From the NCBI RefSeq assembly GCF_000315625.1, contig NW_005434540.1, forward strand, positions 62,001-126,000: DNA of 64,000 nt, read 5' to 3'. The stretch is from Guillardia theta CCMP2712 (lineage: Eukaryota > Protista > Cryptophyta). The notes under the pieces were generated by a model. It saw only the letters and a list, made by a program, of their open reading frames with translations. It was not told the DNA's origin and did no database searches. A program made the translations under genes and the position numbers. Positions within the stretch are counted from its first letter, which is position 1; each line of letters opens with the position of its first letter. Below are positions 22,317-31,854 of the stretch, one piece after another.

Positions 22317-24080
22317 CTAGTCGCTATCGAACCCGTCACACCCGGAAGGGGCGGCGCGCTTCTTCAGCTCCCTCGGGGCATCCACCGCACTCCCACCGAA
22401 GGCGCGGGGCCTGGCAGAGGCGATATTGAGCAGCATGCAGAGGTAGTCCTTCTCCTCGACGTTGGAGATGAAACGGCCCTCCGAATCGAGCTTCGGTCCG
22501 AGGTCGATATGGACACGGCAGCACTTCCTGAGCCTGAACGCACGGTGGTAAGGCTGGAAATCCACAGACACCCCCTCCTCATGATCCTCGGCATCCTTCT
22601 TGTCTCTCACGCGGAGATCCACACGGATGACGATCATCCGCTTCATCTCCACGCCGTCCGCCTCGAACACGTAGAAGTGATTCGTGTTGATGCTCAGCAT
22701 GAAGGTGCAGGGATCGTAACTTACCCTCGCGTCACCCGGAAGGTCCTGGGACACGGGGGCAGTGCCTTCCATCCTCCCCACACGGGACATGAAAGCCAGC
22801 ACCGGATCCTCCATCCCACGGGACGGGTCGATCTGCAGCATCTTGTAGAAGTCGATAACGGGGATGCCACGGTACTTCGAGAGGCCCTCGATCACCCCGT
22901 TGTCATCCCCCCTCATGTTCCCGTTGTTCCTCACGACGAACAACCTCACCGCCTGGCAGCAGGCCGCGAGCTCCAGGAACCGGCACGCGCACTCCACGTC
23001 CTTGCAGTTGGTATACCTCAGCAACAGGCTCTCGGACACATCCACCGTATCCAGGGTGATGGGGCTCGAGGCCGTCTCCACACACACGTTCACCAGCTGA
23101 ACCATGCAGTGCTCGCGGGACACGTCCGGCCTCACCGCCTGCATCAGCGGGGAGACGTTGTCCAGAAACGCACACTCGCCGCCGGCACCGAAGAACCACA
23201 CCGAGCAGGGGGCGCTACCCTCGGGGGCAAAAGTCTTGCAGTGATCCGTCACCACCTTCTGCGCGTCGAAGGTGTTGGGGAACTTCTCCATCGCATCGAC
23301 GAAGGAGTGCAACGTCAACGGCAAGACGCGGATCTGCTTGATCTGCACCAGGTCACCTCCCTCATTCCTCCCCGCGTGGTTGGGCTTCAGCGTCAGCTCC
23401 ACCAGAGTGAAGGGAGTGATCATCTCCATGTTCGCCGGGAAGAGGGGCTTGTAGCCCTGCTGCTTGGCATTCTTCTTCTCGAACTCGAAGGTCTTCATCG
23501 TCGTCGACATCCTCAGCGTCGCCCCCTGCCGGATCAGAGTCGCCAGGTCGTCCCTCACGGGGCCCTTGTACTGCGGGTTGCTCTCGTGCTTCTCAAAGGA
23601 GCGGATGAGCAGCTCCCGGGCCCCCGTCTCCGCACAGACACTCATGTCCGCGATGAACCTCGCGTCCTTCCCGGGGCGATCCTCCAGCGGGGCCTTGGCC
23701 CAGCCGGCGCTGAGAGGGGCGATCACCGCAAAACCGCTCGGGATGGCCTTGATCTCCTTGCCGTACCGCATCTCGCGATCGGCCTTCTCGGTCATGAAGC
23801 TCTTCTGGGTGCAGTACACGGTATCCACGGTGATGGCGACCACGGTGGAGAGGTTCAGCGTGCGCTGGTCCAGCGCCGGGAGCGGATACCTCTCCAGCCA
23901 GAGGTTGTTCGGGTTCAACAGGACCTCCCTAGGGAGGAGCTCTGTGTTGATCACCGTCGGGGATTGCTTACAGACGCCCGCATCGGGCTCTGGACTTCCA
24001 TACATAGGAACGTCCGCATCCTCCCCAACGGGAATGCTGTCAGAGTTCTCACGGATCTCGGTATTGCTCTTGCGTGGCAT
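22317..24080 (-). CDS. Orphan globular protein (~587 aa)
   Basis: Long intronless ORF with ATG at 24080, CTTATAAG at 24117-24124 and a C-terminal basic patch LKKR. Confidence 0.85.
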   Translation of the reverse strand: MPRKSNTEIRENSDSIPVGEDADVPMYGSPEPDAGVCKQSPTVINTELLPREVLLNPNNLWLERYPLPALDQRTLNLSTVVAITVDTVYCTQKSFMTEKADREMRYGKEIKAIPSGFAVIAPLSAGWAKAPLEDRPGKDARFIADMSVCAETGARELLIRSFEKHESNPQYKGPVRDDLATLIRQGATLRMSTTMKTFEFEKKNAKQQGYKPLFPANMEMITPFTLVELTLKPNHAGRNEGGDLVQIKQIRVLPLTLHSFVDAMEKFPNTFDAQKVVTDHCKTFAPEGSAPCSVWFFGAGGECAFLDNVSPLMQAVRPDVSREHCMVQLVNVCVETASSPITLDTVDVSESLLLRYTNCKDVECACRFLELAACCQAVRLFVVRNNGNMRGDDNGVIEGLSKYRGIPVIDFYKMLQIDPSRGMEDPVLAFMSRVGRMEGTAPVSQDLPGDARVSYDPCTFMLSINTNHFYVFEADGVEMKRMIVIRVDLRVRDKKDAEDHEEGVSVDFQPYHRAFRLRKCCRVHIDLGPKLDSEGRFISNVEEKDYLCMLLNIASARPRAFGGSAVDAPRELKKRAAPSGCDGFDSD

Positions 24081-24233
24081 GGGCAACGGGTGGGGCCTCT
24101 CCCGCGCCCCCGCTTCCTTATAAGCACTTTCCCCCCAAAAAAAAATCCTGCGGGGGTCCGCATCTCCCCCACTCTCTCCCTCTCTCGTGCAGGATCTCCG
24201 GATATAAACCTCCGGTAGAACATTCCACCATAG

Positions 24234-24980
24234 ATGGGAGAGGTCGAGGACGAGGAGTGGTCGATGGTGAAGTGGAACGAGCTGATGGTGTGGACACTGC
24301 TGGCGGTGGTCAACTTCTTCCAGCAGGTCGGATTCTTCTTCATCCTCATGCTCTCGGGCCCGGGTTTCTCCAACGACAACCTACCCTTCTGCGACAGCCT
24401 GAGGTTCATAAGCAACAACCTCGCCGACATGCCCGGCATCGCCTCCTACCTCGTCGTCATATGGATCATGCAGTGGTTCATACTCGGCATCGTCAGCTGC
24501 CAGAAGACGCCGCTGGTGAACCGCGACGTGAGCAAGGTGCTCGCCTCCATCAGCTACATCGGCGTCTTCTGCGTGGTCCTCTACAACCAGGGGTCGGACA
24601 GGGAGGACCTCCATCTCCTCGGGGCGGTGATCATGATCCTGCCCGTCCTCATAGCGCAGTTCCTCATCGCCACGGAGGCCTTCACAAGGGCCAGCAAGGA
24701 CGGCCACTCAAACCCACACACGGTAGCCCCCACGCTGTCCCTCGTCACCATGTCGATCATCTCCATGACGACCATCATGGGGCTGCTCTACTGCTTCCTC
24801 TACCTCCTCAACAGGGGAGGGTTCGCCTCCGTCTGCATGTCCGCGGTGGTCATACTCGAGTACGTCGTCTACTTCATGCTCGTCATCAACAACCTGCTCG
24901 TCTACTTCGACTTCACCGCCATGCACGCCTACAGCAAGCTGAACCCCAAGGCACCGAGGTACACAGAGGACAGCACATAG
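24234..24980 (+). CDS. ~6-TM protein, Frag1/DRAM/Sfk1 (TMEM150)-like
   Basis: Six hydrophobic helices. FISN after TM1, LHLLGA in TM4 and ILEY in TM6 match the family pattern. TATAAA at 24203. Confidence 0.65.
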   Translation: MGEVEDEEWSMVKWNELMVWTLLAVVNFFQQVGFFFILMLSGPGFSNDNLPFCDSLRFISNNLADMPGIASYLVVIWIMQWFILGIVSCQKTPLVNRDVSKVLASISYIGVFCVVLYNQGSDREDLHLLGAVIMILPVLIAQFLIATEAFTRASKDGHSNPHTVAPTLSLVTMSIISMTTIMGLLYCFLYLLNRGGFASVCMSAVVILEYVVYFMLVINNLLVYFDFTAMHAYSKLNPKAPRYTEDST

Positions 24981-25198
24981 TCTCACTAGTTACAAATCAC
25001 TGCCCCAACTAAAAAGAAATAAACTAAACATTTCTTTTTTACTTTTTTTTACTTTTAAATGACGATCGCCGGGATCCATCCGGCGAATCAGGTCAGAGAG
25101 GGGAGGCGGGCATCCACTCCCTGGGAGGGCCTCGGATCCTCATTCGGTGCAACCACACTTATAAAATCGACCCTCAACGAAGACCCTGCAAAGCCACC

Positions 25199-25594
25199 AT
25201 GATGCCCTTCATATCCTTCCTTGGCCCAGTGCTCCTGACGGCCATGGGGTCCATCTCCCTGGCCGTCTGCTACCAGACGATCGCCCACCTCATCTTCCCA
25301 GCGAGACCGGAGAAGAAACCACGCCCGACTTACCGCTACGTGGTGCCCAAGCTCAAGGAGGTGGCGAAAGTGCTGGATCCCGTCAAGGCTCAAGACGCGG
25401 CATCCGGAGACTGGCCCAGGTTCTCGGCGGGGGGCTGTGCCGTCGCCTCCGATGGCAACTGCTCAACCAACTGCTCCATTTCGGGCTTTGAGGACGCGAG
25501 GGAATCCACCCCGGACCCCATGGACTCCGCGGAGGCCGCACTCCCACCTCCCGCCGAGCCCAGGCCGCTGGTGTTCTGCCCGCTCAGGGTCTGA
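25199..25594 (+). CDS. Small signal-anchored orphan protein (131 aa)
   Basis: Hydrophobic N-terminus and TATAAAA at 25160. The 3' end overlaps a convergent ORF. Confidence 0.6.
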   Translation: MMPFISFLGPVLLTAMGSISLAVCYQTIAHLIFPARPEKKPRPTYRYVVPKLKEVAKVLDPVKAQDAASGDWPRFSAGGCAVASDGNCSTNCSISGFEDARESTPDPMDSAEAALPPPAEPRPLVFCPLRV

Positions 25595-26082
25595 GGAGAT
25601 CCGACCGTCACCACGTCCTCGGTATCCGTGTCCTCCTCCTCCTCCTCCTCCTCCTCCTCCTCCTCCTCCTCCTCTTCATCCACCTCATCGGAGAGGCTCT
25701 CATCCATGGAGGAGGAAGAGAGGGCGTCGTCGACTTCGTCATAACGGAGGAAGCCGCCGCCTCTCTTGCCGGGGTAATAATCCGAGTCGTAGCTGGCCTC
25801 GCTGGGAGGGCCTTCCTCCTCCTCATCCTCGGACTCGCAGGCCTCCCCCTCCTCCGCATCCAGGAGGGCCTCCTCGTCATCCGCCACGGTGAGCCTCCCC
25901 GTCCTCCTCAGCATGTCCTCCCGGTCGAACTCCCGGTTCACCTCCGTGGCCACCGCCTGGAAGATCCTGGAATCCTCCCTCGCCTCCTCCCACTCGAGGA
26001 TGGACTGGACGCGCTCCCTGGCGGCATCCACACACCTCCTCTTTGGACGGATCATGTCCGCTACTGGGACGGGAGAGGCCAT
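25390..26082 (-). CDS. Highly acidic orphan protein (230 aa) with N-terminal NLS-like RPKRR
   Basis: Folded-looking N-terminal ~65 aa followed by D/E tracts including poly-E. Confidence 0.7.
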   Translation of the reverse strand: MASPVPVADMIRPKRRCVDAARERVQSILEWEEAREDSRIFQAVATEVNREFDREDMLRRTGRLTVADDEEALLDAEEGEACESEDEEEEGPPSEASYDSDYYPGKRGGGFLRYDEVDDALSSSSMDESLSDEVDEEEEEEEEEEEEEEEDTDTEDVVTVGSPQTLSGQNTSGLGSAGGGSAASAESMGSGVDSLASSKPEMEQLVEQLPSEATAQPPAENLGQSPDAAS

Positions 26083-26143
26083 GCTGTCTTTTCTACCCTC
26101 TCAGGCATGAGCAAATGAAACACAAAACACACTTTTTATTCCA

Positions 26144-26557
26144 TCACGCGTCGTGCACACACCCACAGACATGGCACTTCACGTTGGTCATCACACGGAT
26201 CTTCTCCCTCTGCTCCCCGAAGCCACTCACGTGGACGTACATCACGATGCCGTCCGAGAGACTGTAGTAGTTCATCAGAGGCGTGCGGTCCTGCCGGTCG
26301 TTCATCCATCCGTCCCCTCCCCTCCTCGGTGGAGGCCTCCCGGGGAACGCGTAGCCGTTGCACTTGTTCCTCTTCCGGTGAGGGTCGTCCGACACCGTGT
26401 GGGTGCAATCCGGGCAAACCACACCGCGCTCCACATCCCGATGGCACTTCTCGTCGAGGAAGTGAGAGCAAGACCAGCAGACGATGGGATCGGGGAACAT
26501 GTTACTGTACCACACATCCAAGGGATCGGGAGGACCCCTCTTCCCACCCTGGGCCAT
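26144..26557 (-). CDS. Small Cys/His-rich (zinc-binding) orphan protein (137 aa)
   Basis: CWSC, CPDC and CHVC pairs. AATAAA follows the stop directly. Confidence 0.7.
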   Translation of the reverse strand: MAQGGKRGPPDPLDVWYSNMFPDPIVCWSCSHFLDEKCHRDVERGVVCPDCTHTVSDDPHRKRNKCNGYAFPGRPPPRRGGDGWMNDRQDRTPLMNYYSLSDGIVMYVHVSGFGEQREKIRVMTNVKCHVCGCVHDA

Positions 26558-26789
26558 GGGGATTAGACCACCCTCACATGGGGCCTAGACCACCCCTCCT
26601 TCCTACTACAGGGTACCCACACACTCTTTCTTCCGTATGGTCAGAGCGGGGATGTGGCTCCCTCCTCCCGGTCCCCTGGGAGAGGGAGGGGGGGGGAGCC
26701 GACAGATCTTTGGAAGGAGAAGTTTTTTTTTCTACGGTTACAGATTTTCTTTAAAGATAACGGAAAGAATTAAATGAGTTTCGCCGGAC

Positions 26790-26890
26790 AGTATAGTATA
26801 GAGCATAGTATGTATAGAGTATACATAGTGTATGTATGTATGTATGTATGTATGTAGTATACATAGTATGTATGTATAGTATGTATTGAA
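26790..26890. repeat. (TATG)n/TATAG AT-rich microsatellite
   Basis: A run of tatgtatgtatg is directly visible. Confidence 0.85.
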
Positions 26891-27066
26891 TCGATTCAAT
26901 ACATAAAAAAAACAGATGCAACCAAGGATTTCCCAGACACCCCGCCCTCTCCCCAGGGCCTCCAGGGACCCTGGCCCTCATCCCCACTCAGACCAAAAAA
27001 GGTTTTTATCCTTTTGTAGTTTATTCACTGATGGGATACCTAATCAACCAACCTGGTTACGCATCT

Positions 27067-27510
27067 TCACATGCCCAATGAGGAGGGCCTCTTGCTCACG
27101 TCCTTCATGAATTGCAACATATGGGTGTAGAATCGATACTTTGCTTTGGACTGCATCATGTTATCAACGAGGTTGGAGAGTATATCCCGCTGGAGGGTCA
27201 TCTGATGTTTAGCGGCCATCTTTCTGTTCTTATCATCCCTGTGTTTCTTTCGGAGGCGTTCCACCTCAGTTTTACCTTTCTTGATGGTCTCACGTATGAG
27301 GCACACGGTGTTGGTCTCGATGAGCTCGTCGCAGTGGAAGACCGCCGCGGCGAGAAAGCACATCTCAATGTCTTCAAGGGCCATGCTTACCAGCATTTCG
27401 TGATCCATGTCGGGAATCTCCTCGGAACGCACACCGGATGGGGATGCGGTGGGTTTGGCAGGCTTGACCTGCTTGCCCTGTCGCTTCGGGTGTCTTTGGG
27501 TGCTGGGCAT
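27067..27510 (-). CDS. Basic helical orphan protein (147 aa)
   Basis: Intronless ORF; TATTTAAA on the minus strand at 27555-27548. Confidence 0.7.
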   Translation of the reverse strand: MPSTQRHPKRQGKQVKPAKPTASPSGVRSEEIPDMDHEMLVSMALEDIEMCFLAAAVFHCDELIETNTVCLIRETIKKGKTEVERLRKKHRDDKNRKMAAKHQMTLQRDILSNLVDNMMQSKAKYRFYTHMLQFMKDVSKRPSSLGM

Positions 27511-27745
27511 GATGCTCTAGGAGATGGCATGGGTGGGGGCAGCGCAGTTTAAATAGAGCGGGGTTGCAAGTGGTTTATTCAAAAACCATGAACGAGACAT
27601 CAAATCCAAGGCATTGGAAACATTCCATGTCGGCGACTGTGTTGTCTTCACGTAGACATTGCTGGGTGCGAGAGAGTCCGACGGGCATGCGATTCTCGAG
27701 TTTAGCGAGAAACAGTTGCACGTAGCGAATAAGGTTAACCGACCC

Positions 27746-27852
27746 TGGCTTTCATCGTTTGCGTGCTCGCCTGTTTCGTCAGTATCGCTCTCGCATGGGT
27801 CTAGCCGTCCTCCTCGCAGGAGCCTTGCGCTACTGCTCTTTGTCCTGATCCT
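27746..27852 (+). repeat. Dispersed repeat fragment (copy of 40692-40808), probable retroelement 3' remnant
   Basis: About 107 bp matching 40692-40808 with 3 substitutions and one ~10-bp indel. Confidence 0.85.
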
Positions 27853-28212
27853 TGTTCCCTGCGTGTGTGGCCGCAAATGGCGGCGTTTATGAGCACTTCG
27901 TATCGGCTTCTGCGCCTTTTCCATGCATGTAATCACTGATTGTTGCTATATGATGTTCTTATATCATTCCTTTGAACCAGTATTGAATATATGTATGTAT
28001 TGGTTCTAGACAAGGTAACGATAAGGCATGTGCATGAGATTGTGATGATGATGAGGTGGTGGATGTGGAGGTGATGATCGGATGATGATGATGATGATGA
28101 TGAGCAGGAGGAGGAGGAAGAGAAGGATGAGGTGGTGAAGGAGGAGATGGATGTGGAGGAGATGAAGATGATGATGAGGAGGACGTGAGGAGGAGGTAGT
28201 GGTGTGGTGATG

Positions 28213-28518
28213 GATGTGGAGGTAATGATGATGATTACGAGGATGTGGAGGTAATGATGATGATTACGAGGATGTGGAGGTAATGATGATGATTACGAGG
28301 ATGTGGAGGTAATGAAGATGATTACGAGGATGTGGAGGTAATGATGATGATTACGAGGATATGGAGGTAATGATGATGATTACGAGGATATGGAGGTAAT
28401 GATGATGATTACGAGGATATGGAGGTGATGAAGATGATTACGAGGATATGGAGGTAATGAAGATGATTACGAGGATATGGAGGTAATGATGATGGTGATG
28501 AGGATGTGGAGGTGATGA
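28213..28518. repeat. 29-bp minisatellite, about 10.5 copies
   Basis: Unit GATGTGGAGGTAATGATGATGATTACGAG, starting at 28213, 28242 ... 28503. Confidence 0.95.
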
Positions 28519-28612
28519 TACGTATCTCACTCTGCAATTTTTTATTCACGTTATCTGGTATCGCACGAAGGTTTACAATCGCGATACTGCAAGTTAGTTC
28601 CTATGTTCTCCA

Positions 28613-31389
28613 TCACCTCTCATTACAGCTTCTATCTACCCTGCGCCTCTTTCGTATTCTCTCCTTTGGTCTGAGCACGGCTACCACTGTCAACCAACAT
28701 AAGAGACTGAAGTTCGACACGTCCTCTTGTGCCGGAATGGCACCTGTCACCCTCTGATATTGCTCAAACAAGTAATTTTCGCAATGGTCGAATATGAAAT
28801 CAGCCTCTCTGCGATTGGGGTTGGCCTTGTAGATACCCAGAGCGCTGGCTTCGGCATCAATCATTCTCACCATAAATTTCAGGTCTGAATGTCTCTTGCC
28901 ATCAGATTTCGTAGGGAAGTCTTTACCTCTCAAGGACTTGAATGGAGGTAGCTTCGTCTCTGCGTGTCCGAAATGATAAATCATGTACATGCTTCTTGTT
29001 GTGTTGCCACCCCACTCAAACTTGCACGCGTCCACTTGGCTTCCAGTGCCTCCCCCACTCCCGCTTGGCATGGCGGCCAAGCTTCCACTTGCCGGGCTAA
29101 TGTGTGCTGATCTTGAGTCCATTGCACTTCCTCCATGTATGCTCCTTGGCAACGGCATCCCGGTTCCCGCTTCATCTGGAATCTGCCGTATCCCTGTATT
29201 GCTCACACGCCCTTGCTCCGTTCTGATCAGAAGTGTATCCATCTTCTCATTGAATCTATTCTGAGCTTCAAGTAAACGACTTTGCGAATGCAACATCCGA
29301 CTTTGCGAATCTAGAACATTCTGAACAAAGTCTCCACTGACCGTCACTGCATTCACCCTACTATCACGGCTGTTGTTGCCTGTTGCTGTCACTGTCATCT
29401 CAGACGCCACGGCCCCTGGCGGCCCTCCCCACTGACCTGCGGACGGATGAATACCATCCGTGGCACCGCGTCCTCCTGCCATTGTCATCATCAAATTCTT
29501 CATTTCCATAACTTGGCCTTTCAATTCTGCCAAGTCCTGCATAATGGATGTATGCGGAGTGATTCCAGTTGGTACTCTCCCGTGCGCTTCAGTTGTTACC
29601 CATTTCTTCAATGTATCCAAGTATCCTTGGTGTATGAATAATTCTGTCCGAAACAGGGGGTGATTCCGTGGCATGACTTTCCGAAGAAACGTTTCGTGAT
29701 AAACCACAGATGCTAGAGATTGTTCGACAAGCGTCCTCAGTCTTGCGTTTTCCCGAACATGTGGATATACTTGGTCCATGACCTCGTTGATTGCCTCCCT
29801 GCCTTCACGATTTTCACACCAGAACATCGGTGGCAGAGCCGCGAATTCAGGCCTGTCCGTGGGTAATCCACAACAGGTTCTTCCAACCTGGCAACGGAGA
29901 CAGTCACCGTATCGTCAGCCTTAGACAATGCCGTTGAAAACTTACTTGCTGATCTCCAGCCCTTTCATACCTCAAGTGCGTGTCCTGAATGATACCCATC
30001 TTCCACCCTGCTCTCTGGCAAATTGCAGTGATGCTGGGTCCAAAAGTGGTTCCAGACGCAGTATACGTTGCTGATCCCTTCCTGATACTATGTGTTCCTG
30101 TCAAATGTGCATTACTGGACAGGGATACAGTTGGAATGCAGAATTATACCCAAGTCTCCTACGTGTAGCGCATTGTTTTCCAACGCCTCCAGGACTTCAG
30201 AATCACGCAACAGCCGTTGACTGAACAGTTTTTTAAACCGCTCGTACTGATTCGAGCCAGGGAATAAACGTCCTCCTGACGTGGGATGGTTGGGAGGAAA
30301 CATCAGCCAGTAAATTCCTTGGGGCAAAGAATTATTCAGGTTAGACATTGAAACTTAGATCATCGCCCACCTAGTGCTAAAATGGGGCAGATGGCTGGAT
30401 TGCACGTGTTGGCATAAACGTGTTTGGGATCCCTGGAATCGGCAAGTACGGTAGTAAGCAACACAATTGCTGGAATATTCAGTGTATCACCTAGCACGTT
30501 CCCCTGCTTGATCGTTGTTCTGATGGTTGATATAGAATTGAAAAGCATCGTTTGCAAAATCAAGATGATTATACATCAGCGCAGCAGTATTGCTTGATCG
30601 AGACATCAGATTCCAGCTCAGCACCATAAACGTTCTTCCCCAAATGAATTCCCGTTCAGCTTTGGCAAGCATTACTGTTCCTAACACTTGATACACGGCA
30701 AAAGGAAGAGGATCTTTCCCCATCGTGACTTCTACACTGCGGTTCCTCGCTGGTTTTCGGTTGCACTTTTCCTTGAGCTCCACAAAACTTCTACTCAACT
30801 CACTCTGAACCTCGGTAAATTTGAGTTCTGGTACCCGGTACAGATGAAGAAGATACATCAAAGCAGATCGATAGGTACCACACGTTGCAAAGGCAAGGTC
30901 CGGCTTCTGCCTCAAAAGATGAGTTATCCAAAACATGAAATGTTCTCCAGTGAATTTGACCATGTCGATAGGAATTGGATTCCTCTGTGTCAGTATCTGA
31001 TGTAAGTATGGCAACGAGGGAAGGTTATCAGCCGTTTTGCGGCCTTCTTCAGCTTCAATGTCCTCTTTCAGCGCAGCCGTGATCAGACCGAAGTCATCGT
31101 CTCTTGCATACAAAAACTCAATGAAATGAGTCATATGCCCGTGATACATTTTCCGTGTACTGTCAGCTAGATTGTTGTTCAAAATATCTTCCAAATCGCG
31201 TCTTAATTGTTCTGAATCCTCCAATCTTGGCAGTTCTCGACGTGAAAGGGCAGCATTTTGAGCCTGGGGTACTGCCTGAAGCTCTGACGCTCCAAAGGCC
31301 TCTGCGGCTTGAGCGGCTTGCGTGGCGGCAGATGGTATTTGTTCGCATGCTGCCTGACCACATTCCCCTGTTCTTTGATGCTCATCCAT
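28613..31389 (-). mobile_element. Crypton-type tyrosine recombinase gene (5 exons, ~851 aa) with a C-terminal GCR1_C-like region
   Basis: Exons 31389-30491, 30432-30371, 30317-30150, 30097-29946 and 29887-28613 splice in frame (2556 nt). Motifs WNLMSRS, DPKHVYAN..P.ICPILALG, GTHSIRKG, ICQRAGW, RYERAGDQ.VGR...GLP and HPLF are present. Confidence 0.9.
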
Positions 31390-31854
31390 GTTACCAGCAC
31401 AAAGCGCATGGAAAAGACGCCTGCAGCAGCTGCATACTTCCCTGGCACATACTCAGGACCTTGAGCATGTCATCGCCCTCATTGACCGAATCATCACCCT
31501 CAACCTCAAGTTTCCAGTACACGGTGCGGTCACTGCCCTCTGAGATGATCCCTGCGATGATCCCGGCAGACTCCAGGGCAGACTCTCTCCGAGCAGGACT
31601 CCGAGCAGCCGGGACTCCGAGGATCCGCGCACACGCTGTTCTGCTCCGCAAGACTCTCCTGGCAGGACTCTACTGGAATCCAGCCCAGGGCCCGGGATGA
31701 AGGTGTCTGGCACTGCCGGTCTAGCACTGACCGTGTACTGACCGTGTCAGATCTGAGGGATCATCTGAGGGATCCGCATCACTGGATCCGCATCTGGATC
31801 CGCATCTGGATCCGCCGCATCGTCCGCACTGCGGCATCTGCGTCCGCATCTGCG

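Larger units (their letters stand above)
16154..27560. mobile_element. Putative endogenous large DNA-virus-derived segment (gene-dense orphan block)
   Basis: About 11 tightly packed genes, nearly intronless, with strong C/G-ending codon bias and mostly very short intergenic gaps. TATA/TATT boxes lie ~30-56 nt before the starts. The left junction is sharp, at the end of duplication copy 2. No capsid or polymerase gene is seen. Confidence 0.6.

Noticed and set aside
22509-24218. 569-aa plus-strand ORF, and similar long antisense ORFs at 18294-19301, 24074-25012, 46381-47349
   Set aside because: These are shadow or alternative frames of GC3-rich genes. Their composition is His/Arg/Leu-skewed and they lack their own promoter boxes.
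16154-27560. Bacterial contamination or operon
   Set aside because: There is no operon or RBS pattern. Genes have individual TATA boxes, an AATAAA signal, NLS-like motifs and one GT-AG intron.
28213-28518. Possible CRISPR array
   Set aside because: The units are contiguous with no unique spacers, no cas genes are present, and the context is eukaryotic.
16121-31750. TGACCGTGACAG (16122) / TGACCGTGTCAG (31739) as terminal repeats of a giant element
   Set aside because: The left copy lies inside the duplicated unit, and similar GTGAC/GTCAC motifs recur in other intergenic regions (~9165, ~39070, ~40527, ~41084).
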